Origin: Lama glama
Lineage: Eukaryota
Direction: 5' to 3'
Assembly: GCA_028534125.1 (NCBI GenBank)
Contig: CM052816.1
Coordinates: 96,412,001-96,476,000 of the forward strand
DNA: 64,000 nt
Each line of letters starts with the position of its first letter. Within the stretch, counting starts at the first letter, position 1. The notes beneath the pieces are model-generated. The model was not told where the DNA came from. It was given only the letters and a program-made list of their open reading frames with translations, and did no database searches. Both the position numbers and the translations under genes were made by a program. Positions 25,286-35,186 of this stretch are shown here, piece by piece.

Positions 25286-25804
25286 AATACTCTTCAGGTC
25301 CATCCATGTTGCTGCAAGTGACAGAATTTTATCATCCACTTTATGACTGAGTAATATTTCATTTTATGGGCATATGTGTCTCACATCTTTGATATCAATT
25401 CATCTGTTGATGAACACTCAAGTTGCTTTCATATCTTGGCTATTGTCAATAATGCTGCTATGAAAATTGGGGTGCATGTGGGCGTCTCTAGTTTTTAAAT
25501 CTAATCAGCCACTCTATGTCTTTAGATTTTGATTATTTAGTTTATTGACATTTAAAGTGATTACTGATCTGGTGTACTTACCACATTGCCATTTTGTTAC
25601 TTGCTTTTTGGTTGTTTCTCTTTAGTTCTCTCTGTTTTTCTCTTAGTCTCTTGCCTTGTGGTTTGTTGATTTTCTTTAGTGTTATACTTGCGTTCCTTTC
25701 TCTCTAGTTTTTATGTATATTTTGTAGGTTTTGATTTGTGGTTACCATGGGGCTCATATATGTTGACCTGTAACTCCATCTACTTATTTTAAACTGATAG
25801 TCAG

Positions 25805-25847
<43 letters not shown>
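25805..25847. repeat. (TTTA)n microsatellite, ~10 units, derived from the L1 poly(A) tail
   Basis: Perfect ttatttatttattt... run. Confidence 0.95.
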
Positions 25848-25848
<1 letters not shown>

Positions 25849-26643
25849 GTATGGTCAGTTTACAATATTGTGAATTTCTGGTGTACAACACGTTGCTTCA
25901 GTCATACATGAATATACATATATTCATTTTCCATTTGCATGTTCTTTTTCACCATAAGCTACTACAAGATATCAAGTATAGTTCCCTGTGCTATACAGTA
26001 TAAACTTGTTTATCTATTTTACATATACCAGTCAGTGTCTGCAAATCTCAAACTCCCAATTTACCCCTTCCAACCCTCTTCCCGCCTGGTAACCATGTTT
26101 GTTTTCTATGTCTGTGAGTCTGTTTCTGTTTTATATATATGTTCATTTGTCTTTTTTTTTAGATTCCACATATGAGTGATATCATATGATATTTTTCTTT
26201 CTCCTTCTGTCTTATTTCATTTAGAATGACAATCTCCAGGTCCATCCATGTTTCTGCAAATGGCAATATTTTATTATTTTTATGGCAGAATAGCATTCCA
26301 TTGTATAAATATATCACAACTTCTTTATCCAGTCATCTGTTGATGGATATTTAGGTTGTTTCCATGTCTTGGCTATTGTAAATAGTACTGCAATGAACAT
26401 TGGGTGCATGTGTTTTTTTGAGTTAAGTTTCCCTCTGGACATATGCCCAGGAGTGGGACTGTTGGATCATACGGTAAGTCCATTTTCAGTCTTTTGAGGA
26501 ATCTCCATTCTGTTTTCCACAGTGGTTGCACCAACCTGCATTCCCACCAGCACTGTAGGAGGGTTCCCTTTTCTCCACACCCTCTCCAGCATTTATCATT
26601 TGTGGACTTTTGAATGATGGCCATTCTGACAGGTGTGATTGTA
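25807..26643 (-). mobile_element. Young 5'-truncated L1 with (TTTA)n tail and 17-bp TSD
   Basis: ORF 26373-26624(-) '[37 protein letters not shown]' is the ORF2p cysteine-rich region. TSD taaactgatagtcagtt (25790-25806) / taaactaatagtcattt (26644-26660). Confidence 0.93.
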
Positions 26644-28117
26644 TAAACTAATAGTCATTTAAATTTAAACATGTTCTAAAGATCTACATTTTTTACTCCC
26701 CTCCCCCACCTTTTGTGTTTTTGATGTTGTGTTTTACATCTTCATGTCCATCCCTTAACTGTTTATTGTCATTTCAGTTGATTTTTATAATTTTTTCTTT
26801 TACTCTTTGCAGTAGCTTCTTTTGGTGGTTGATCTACATCCTTTATATTTGCCTTGACTAGGGGCATTTTTTCTTTCCTATAAATTCCTACTTCGTGTTG
26901 TAATATTTTCTTTTCCACTTAAAGAAGACACTTTAATACTTCTGGTAAGGTCATTTTCCAATTGATGGGCTCTTTTTGTTTTAGCCTTGGTTGTAAAGGA
27001 GCCTTTCTCCCAGGCTCCAGGGTGGTTTTCAGGGCGAGTCGCTTCCCACATAGGTGTATTTTTGCTGTGTTCCTGGGGGCAGGTGAGCTCAGTATCCTGT
27101 TCTGCTACCTTGACCTCCCTTCACTTTCCCCTGTTGTTAACATCTTATGTTCTATGGTATATTTGTCACAACCAATGAGCCAATATTGCTACATTTTTAT
27201 TAACTAAACTTTATACTTTATTTGGATTTTCTTAGTTTTTCCCTATTCTCCTTTTTCTGTTCTAGGATTTTGTCTAGGATAAAACTAATGAATTCTTCTT
27301 ATAAAGCAAGCTCTTCCTCCTGTTGTGAGACAAACTTCCTCCCTGAATTCAAAACACTGTCTGGGTTTGCTCAGTGAAAGTACACTAGTCAGGAGATTTG
27401 CAATGCAAATATCTGGCTGCTTTATAATCTCAGTATGATAATTATAGTTGTGTAGAATCATAAAATCTTAGAGACATAAGAGAAATCATCCAGTCTAATG
27501 CCCACCCCAAGTCATACATTTTAAATATTTTAAATGTATTATTATATTAGGAGTTAAGGTATTTTTTTCCATCTATGTTCAACATGCTAGTCTGTGCACT
27601 CTATTTTAAGCATCACAAAATATGCCGCTTTTTCCTGCCAACCACAGATCCCTTTAAATCTGTGATGTAGACTGTGAAATTTTTCTTTAATCTCCGCTGT
27701 GGGTGGACTGTCTCCTGTTGTAAGTGACCCAGTCTAATGAGGCTTCCAAACCCGTCCCGGTGTCCTGCTGACCCTCTCCCCGGATCCTCTTTTACGTGGC
27801 AGGGTTGTTCTCCAGGTACATTCTAATTTCAGCTCTTTAGCTTTTGTCCCCATAAGAATCTATATTTCTGTTTGGCCCAAATGGCATAGACCCCAGTAGG
27901 GAGTTTCTCTTACTACTTTTATTGGGTTTATCAGATGTATTCAGGTTTAGAGCCAAGACGCTATGATAAACAGTTTCAGGACTTCTCTCAGACGTGGCTT
28001 ATTGAATCCCTCATAATTAATCTGGTTTTAAAAACCTAAATGCATTGTTTAATGCAGCAATGAATTCTGCATCGAGACAACTGAATACGTGTGGAAAGAC
28101 ACGGGAGAGAAATCGTA

Positions 28118-28643
28118 TGTGAAAATAAACAACCAAATGAGAAAAGCAAAAGCTACTTATTCAGAGCTTGTACAGCAAGGGAGTCAGCCACCATCACTTG
28201 CATTCTGGCAGAGACTCAAGGGCAGACAGAGGAGTGGGGAATTCTATATCAGGAAAAAGGGGCAGTTTCGGGTGTGCGCTGATTGGAGGCTGTTGACGTG
28301 GGGAATCTGGAAGCGGGCTAATTAGGAGTGGGGCGTCCTGTGTGATTGTTTAGAGCTGTTTTCTCTGTTTGGTCCTAAATTAAAAGTGGGGACAAAAAAT
28401 AAGGAGGCTGTCAGTTATTAACTGAGTCCTAGCTCTTTCTGGCCAGTTGCTGTAGGGGTTACTGGCTGGCTTCTAAGATGAGTCACTGGAGATAGTGACC
28501 TGACTTCCTACGTGTCTGACACAGCGAGCAGGCTGGCTTCCAAGGCTGGCTCCATAGATCACGGGCTGGTTGCCACAGACCGTGGTCAGAGTTCTGTTTT
28601 CATATGAGGTCTGACATTGTCCATTTGTATATTCGGTCTCTCA
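28118..28643 (-). mobile_element. ERV1-class solo LTR (MER90/MER110/LTR68-like group)
   Basis: TG...CA ends. The minus strand starts 'tgagagaccgaatatacaaatggacaatgtcagacc..aaacagaactctgacc', with ccaat boxes on the minus strand (gattgg). TSD not clean (cgta/caca). Confidence 0.75.
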
Positions 28644-30349
28644 CACAATTGATTTCCAAAAAGCCTTTGTGTCCCTTTCGAATTATGCTCAGAGCTGTGG
28701 CTCATGAAGGTCTGTCTGGCTCTCCAGCGACACCCCAGCTGCCGAGGTGACCCGCCCGACATCACTCACAATCTGTGATTCCTCAAGGTATACGCCATGC
28801 TGTAACGTTTCATAAAAGATGTGGGGAACAGCTCAGATTGCACTGGCTTTTAAATTAAATGAAGTATTGTGTTTGGTGGTACCCAGATAAGTCTATGAAA
28901 TATCAAATTTAAATGCATTTCTGCTCTGGCAACTATTCAGTGAATTGGAAAAAAGCAATACATAACGTAGTCAGTTTTAAAATAGGTCTTGTTGCGCTGC
29001 TGCTCTGGTTGGTGCTTTTGGCAGGGCACACATCTATCTCCCGCACGATAAATCAAATTAACACAAGAACACGGATGTCTGTCCCCAACAGCTGTGCTAA
29101 TGCAAGGCTTACAGGACAAGCTTAAGAAAGTCAAACAGAAGATGCATAAAAGTGCATTGCAGTAAGAGTAAACACACTGGAGATAATAAATATTTATTTA
29201 AAAAATCACATCTTTTGTTTTTAATGAGAAATGACGGCGGGGTCCTTCCCTCCCCAGCTGGCACCAGTGCAGATGGAAGCAGAACCTGGCTGGAGCCAGG
29301 AATGACTTGTTTATACTCTTCTCCTGCCCTTGCACCTGAGCTCCTCAGAGGCTGAAACCAGTGTTGTTGCTGCTGCCGCCGATTTTGTTGTCACTTATCC
29401 CCATCCACAGACCTCTAACCCCTCTCCTGCAGAGACAAAGGAGAAGTTCTGACTCGTGGAAGGTGCTGGTAAGTGTTAAACAAATAGGTGCAGAGGAATG
29501 AATGGACGAGTGGCATTTCTTCCTTTCTCCGGTTGGTTCAAAATGCTAAGAAAACATTGTTATATTCCGTAACTGTTTTACCCTTGACATAGCCTTGTTT
29601 GGAATAGATTATGTATTTAATACTTTAGATACTCTTCTAATATTAAATTCAAGAAATTGTATTGTTTGAAATATGATATCCAAACTGAAGTGCAAGTGTA
29701 CATGTCTCATTAGGGCTTGCTGGGGACCTTTGGCCATAAGTAACTTATCAGTGAGGGTTTGAACGAGAAAAAGGAAACCCTTTGGTGCATTTAACACAGG
29801 GGAGATTTACACAGCGTTGCTTATGCATGTGATGGAAAGTTTGGGAATCTGAAGGCGTTGGTGAGGCCACCCAGGGACGGGCTACCCAGGACAGGACTTT
29901 GCTCCCCTGCAGGCTGGAGGCTCAACAGCAGGGAGGCAGTGCCCAGAGCCCAGGGGTGGGGTCACCCGGTGGCAGGACAAGTGGAAACTTACAGTAACCG
30001 GCGTCTCCTTTCAGCGACCCCGACACTGACAGTCTGTCACTAACTCCTCTGCACCAAACCAAACTCCTGCTTATCAACCTGCCTGCTCTTTTCTGTTCTT
30101 CCCTACCCTGTATTAATTCCTCACTCTTTCTCTTGGAAAGCACTGGGCACACATAATTCTTGTTTACATCAAGCATTTAATTCACTCCAGCTTTCACCGA
30201 TAAACTCAGCTTTACCTCCACCTCAGAGTGTTTTGTAGATCAGTAAGAACTCCTCTGTTATAGGACCTTCCTTATGGCAAATGGCAGTGATTTAAAATAA
30301 TTAATAAACCATTGTCCACAAAACTACCTTGGCTTTATAAGGGAAACAG

Positions 30350-31100
30350 GAGAAGTAGAGTGTGTTTAGGGATAGAAAATGAGATTTGGTTTCAGAAGTT
30401 CAAATTTCAATTGCCTTAGGATGTTTTCCTACAACTGTTCTCTATGCAGTTTGGAAAACCAGATTTAAACCTCAGAAAAAGGTTAAAATGCTGAAAGACA
30501 TTTAAAAGTTGTCAGTGGTAGCTGAAGATATGGAGATGTATAGTATTATCTGTAAATTGCACAGAGACAGAGAAGAAATTAAGCCTCGTGTCAGACTCGT
30601 GAGCAACACCAGATAATGGGAGAGTGGAGGAGGAGGAGGGGCAGGCACGAGGGGCTGAGAGGCGAGCTGCGGAGAAGGGCTGTCAGCAAAGGACGCTGGG
30701 GGAGGCTGATGCTTGTGAAAGGCCAAGGAGTCCCCAAAACATATTTTTACAGCCTACGTAGAAAATGTCTCTTGAACGAAAAGAGAATTCATTGGATGTG
30801 GCAAATTATAGGCCACGCTTGACCTTGGCAAATGCAATTTCCAGAAAATGACAAAGACGTCAAACTGATTTCAAGGAAGTAACAGTGTTTGGAACTTGGC
30901 CAATGAATGAGAGGTAAGGAGATAGTAGGTGGCTCTAGATGGTTCTTTGTAGGAGTTTGGAAGAAAGGGGAAGGGTAGGGATAACTGCATGAGAAAAAGA
31001 GCTAGTGAGAAGATTTAGGGAAGGTTTCTTTTAGAGACGATGACTGATTGAGCCTATTTTATGCTAAAGGAAGGGGGGCAGCCAGAGAGGAGAAAGCAGA
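30350..31100 (-). mobile_element. L2 LINE fragment, highly degraded
   Basis: Purine-rich, with 'gagatttggtttcagaagttcaaatttcaattgcc' and 'cattggatgtggcaaattataggccacgcttgaccttggcaaatgcaatttccag'. Confidence 0.6.
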
Positions 31101-31185
31101 CGTGTGAGATGGACATGATATTAATCACACGAGGTGAGATACAGTCATAGGTGCTCGGGGAGGGCCTTCTCTCATCAGGAGGCAA

Positions 31186-31538
31186 TGATGTTCTCATCAT
31201 CTGCGTAAGATAGAAACGCCACGCACTGGGAAGCCCAGAAACAACAGGAATTTATTTCTCACAGTTTGGAAGGTGGGAAGCCCAAGATCGAGACACTTGC
31301 AGATTTTAAGTCTAGTAAGACTGCTTCCTGGTTCCCAGAGGCCAATTCTGTGTCCTGACATGGTAGAAGAGTGAGGGAGCTCTCTGGGGTCTCTCTTAGG
31401 AGGGCGCTAATCCCATTTAAGAAGACTCCACCCTCATGACCTAATCACTTCCCAAAGGCCCACCGCCTAACGCCATCACACTGGTGATTAGGTTGCGACA
31501 TATGAATTTTGGGGAGATCCAAACCTTCAGTCTATGCA
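31186..31538 (-). mobile_element. MaLR solo LTR (MLT1A0-like)
   Basis: 'aacaacaggaatttatttctcacagtttggaaggtgggaagcccaagatc', 'ccaccctcatgacctaatcacttcccaaaggccc' and 'catatgaattttgggg..cttcagtctatgca'. Confidence 0.92.
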
Positions 31539-31769
31539 TCTGGCTGTAACCTAGTTACACTTGCATGTATTTGACTGAAGCTACACCATTATCCTTGTCC
31601 AGAATATTCTGATTTCTATCAGAATAAATGCAGAGAGATTAAGAGGCGTGGCTCTGTACGTGGGGCAACAGTATCTAGTCAGACGTTTATGTGTGAATAA
31701 GCATCAAAAAACATGCTTGACCGAACATACTTGGTCTTAGTTTAGGGTGACAATTTTTACATTAACATA

Positions 31770-31960
31770 CATGTATTAAGCATCACTAAGTACTTTGCAT
31801 AGCTGTTCTCCTACACCTTAATCTACATAATTAGCTGTGTCTGTATTTACATATGAGGAAACTGAAATCTCGTGAGAATCAGGAACTTGCCCACCTTAGG
31901 TGCTGGTAAGTCCTGGATCCAGACTCCAGGTCAGGGGTGTCAGACCCCAAAGCCTGTGTG
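31770..31960 (-). mobile_element. MIR SINE
   Basis: 'tttacatatgaggaaactgaaatct..gaacttgccca..cagaccccaaagcctgtg'. Confidence 0.75.
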
Positions 31961-32436
31961 TTCGGGCAACTCCGAGCGCTGATTCTTCTGTCCCAGGAGG
32001 GGCGCTCCATTAGTGATTCCTGGCTTCTCTCCACTCTCCTCCTTGTGCCCAGGGAAGAGCCGTATCTAGCAGGAACCCTGGGACCAGAGAGTTGAGCGAG
32101 TGGTTCTGCGCAGCCTTGTCCCATCCTGTCTGGGGCACCTGCCTGCCCCAGCGAGTTTGCTGCACTGCGCTGCCCTTGGCCTGGGCGGGAGGAGGGAGAG
32201 GCACCGGTTCCCGGGTTCGCAGAGCCTCCTTTTCTCTCCAGGAGCCTCTATCAGGTGTAAGGGTGATGCTCTGATGAGGCCTCTGCTCATTGGCTCCCTG
32301 ACTGAGACAGAGCCCAGGTGGGGGAACCAGTGGATTGTACTGGGGACCTTCTGAGACCCCACACCTTGGTATCCCCGTCACCCACTGCCTGCCATGGTGA
32401 GGCTGAAAAATCTGTGCCACCACATACTGCTTTGTG

Positions 32437-32546
32437 TGACCTCATCCCCGTGAGTGAGGCTGGAGCGACAGACTCACCCTTATCCTGCTCCGAGTGACGT
32501 CACTCTAGCTGCAGCTCGCTGATGTCACACACTTGGGTGACGTCAC
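32437..32546. promoter_or_regulatory. Cluster of CRE (CREB/ATF/CREM) sites
   Basis: Perfect TGACGTCA at 32495-32502 and 32538-32545. One-mismatch variants TGACCTCA (32437-32444) and TGATGTCA (32520-32527). Confidence 0.55.
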
Positions 32547-33645
32547 AGGAGGGCTCACAGCCTGGCAGAGACTTGGGATCTGAAGCCATGAGGCCAATTC
32601 TGGTACCAAAGCCAAGCACATTTTCTTCTCAAATTTCCCTGAATCTTTTGAATTTCTTTCAAAACGTTAAAGGCAATTTGTAGAACGTTTTTGCAAATGA
32701 TACTGGAAATGCTACGATATCAAGACATCAGTATACAGTATTTGCTCAGGGCAAGTTTTCTCATATTTAATATTTCCTCTCTGTCATTTTATTTTCATGG
32801 TTCCTTTTCATGTAACCCTGAGTGCTGTAATCTTCTCTTTGCAGAAGTCTTTGCCTTCACTCAGCAATGTGTTAAAAGATTGACTTCAACCTACTTTGTT
32901 CTGAATTTCTTACATTAGAAATATTCAACGGCAAATGTGTTAAAAATCAGCCTTTCATTCTGAATGGAAATTGTGAGCATTGTTTAAAAAAGAATTTACT
33001 TTTTAAAAAAGAAGAGAACATAATAAATGTTAGTAATAAGGTGGCCTGAACTTCAGTGCTTTGTTTAGAAACTTGGACTGACATGAGCGAAGTTTTCTCC
33101 TGTCCAGTGTGAAGTGTGACAGATTATTAGAGCAACGAAAGTCACTCAGGCTTTTAAGGTTTTGGTGTATTTTCTCTGTGGCCTGAGAAAAGCCAAAGGC
33201 TTCCTGTGAAGGGCAGGTGTTGCAGGCGTGCTGGGTGCTTTCTTTCAGTCATTGTTTTGGAATGAAGATTTCTGAAGCATCAGGCCTTAGCATCTGGCTC
33301 TGGCTTTGCAACCATCTGTCTTCCGTGGGGCCTTGTTGGGATATGTGTCTTAGAAATCAACCTAGTTTGCAATTTGCAAGTTAAATATTTGCTTCTAATA
33401 AATGTGAATGCAAAAGCATTATGTCCTTAAAAATAAAGATAAATAAAATTCAAACTATAATCATGTTAGTTTTTCCCTATTAATTTAAACTTTCCCTATT
33501 TACAATTGCAACATTTGGGTTGAGAGATAAGGTGTTACATTTTGTAAAAGCCTTAAAAATCACTAAATTACAGGGGGAAAGACGTAGAGGAAAAGATCAG
33601 CTTCAGGTTTATTGCACAGTTTTCTCCCACAATGAAACTGCCTTT

Positions 33646-33725
33646 GCTGTGTGCCAGAAATTGATGCATTATAAACTGACTATACTTCAATTAAAATAAA
33701 AATAAATTTAAAAATGCAAAAAAAA
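33646..33725 (+). mobile_element. Extremely 5'-truncated young L1 (terminal ~45 nt plus A-rich tail)
   Basis: 'gctgtgtgccagaaattgatgcattataaactgactatacttcaattaaaataaaaa' matches the 3' tip of the L1 at ~25013-25060 in this window. Confidence 0.8.
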
Positions 33726-34149
33726 GTTTTACTAATGACTTAGAAAATAAATGGTAATCATTCAACCCAAAAATCAAGAAAAACAAAACAAATAAACATC
33801 AAAGAGCAGTGAAAAGAAAAAGTAATTAATCATCAGAAATTGAAATATCCAATACATATAAGAAAAATCCAGTGACCATTACTTCATATCTTTAATGTGC
33901 ATACGTATGCCATATAGAACATTTTATATGTAATACAAATACACAAGTCATGTGTACATGTGAAGTGGCAGACATAAGTAACCGACCAATATGAGACTTA
34001 CCTGTTTACCAAAATTCCTAAGCAATATAATTTGGTACCAAGTAACTCCAAATAGTTCAAATTCAAAATTCTAAGATTTTATTCCAAAATAGCAGAAACT
34101 TATATTGGGGTAATTGTTAAACCTCCTGTTATTTGAAAACCTTACCTAA

Positions 34150-35186
34150 GCTAGGAAGAATAATGGCCCCACAAAGATGTCTGCACCGCAAGCTCTGCAT
34201 CCTGTGACTTTGCTCCATTCAGTTGTATTCCCTTTGCTAGTCCCGTGCTCTTGGGTTCTATAATTATGTAAGTAGAATAGCGTTGACTGTAATCTGTCAG
34301 ATGGAGCTACACGCATGGAAAATTTTGATCAGTTTTTTAAGAAATGTATCCTGTTTGCAAAGGTACAATAAATGTGCATTTATAGGATGTAAACAATAAA
34401 GCTAAAAATAAACCATATTTAACACAAACTGTATTCAGATTCTCTGTTCAATTTGATTTTGGAAAGAAGTCTAGATGTCCAGTAGTTTTAGGGATTTCAA
34501 GTTAACTTAAAAAATTATGATGTATCTAATTAAGAAATTTTGGACTGATACACTAGTTTTGGAAAGCCGTATGAAACACTTTGTTAATGCATACATTCCT
34601 GCAGAAAACGCATGGCTTCTCTTGTGCATATTTTTAAAAATTAAAGAAATGTACATGTTTTTATAAAGAGTATTTACCAGACCTAATTAAATTTATGGAC
34701 CTAATGATGGGTTGATTACCTGGACTATCCAGGTAGGACCAATCAGATCACATGAGCCCTTAAAAGCAGAGAAACTTTCTTCAACTGACATAGGCAGGAA
34801 TGTCAGAGATTTGAAGCCTGAGAGGGATTTTGACATCAGCTTTAAAGATCAAGGTGGTCATGAGCCAGGGAATTCAGGTGTCTTCTGGAAGCGGAGAATG
34901 ACCTCCAGGCAAAAGCTGGCAAGGAAATTGGGACCACAATGCTGCACCCACCTGGAACTGAATTCTGCCCACAGGCAGCATGAGCCTGGGAGAGGATGCG
35001 CCACAGCCTCCAGCAAGGAGCACAGCTCTGCTGACCCCTCGGCTCCACACTTGTGAGACTAGGAACAAATGAATCAGCCAAACCAACTGGATTTCCAACC
35101 CAAAGAACTGTGAGATAATAAATTTGTCATTTTAAGCCTCTGCATTTGTGGTAATTTGTTATGGCAGCAATAGTAAAATGTATAGA
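34150..35186 (+). mobile_element. MaLR LTR (MLT1D/E-like) split by a ~445-bp insert
   Basis: 5' part 'taggaagaataatggccccacaaagatgtc..cctgtga' (34150-34219). Resumes at ~34664 with 'cagacctaattaa..gattacctggactatccaggtaggaccaat' and runs to 'tggtaatttgttatggcagcaatag'. Confidence 0.85.

Larger units (their letters stand above)
24073..27119 (-). mobile_element. Internally deleted L1 retaining the 5'UTR start, ORF1 end/inter-ORF/ORF2 start, ORF2 end and 3'UTR; carries two nested L1 insertions
   Basis: On the minus strand: 5' end 'gggaggtcaaggtagcagaacaggatactgagctcacctgcccc' (27119-26983); ORF1-end/ORF2-start block (26982-26644 and 25806-25482); ORF2-end/3'UTR block (25481-25286 and 24456-24073) with T-rich tail. 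Confidence 0.8.
23980..27282 (-). mobile_element. Old L1MC/MD-like 3'UTR host, in two pieces (~23980-24072 and ~27120-27282) flanking a nested L1 cluster
   Basis: 'agttttagatttcaaaaaaagttgcaaaagtagtttggggagatcccatata' continues after the cluster as 'tttcccctgttgttaacatcttatg..atttgtcacaaccaatgagccaatattg'. Confidence 0.7.

Noticed and set aside
29690..30045. Possible ancient LTR fragment
   Set aside because: Too degraded to define ends or family.
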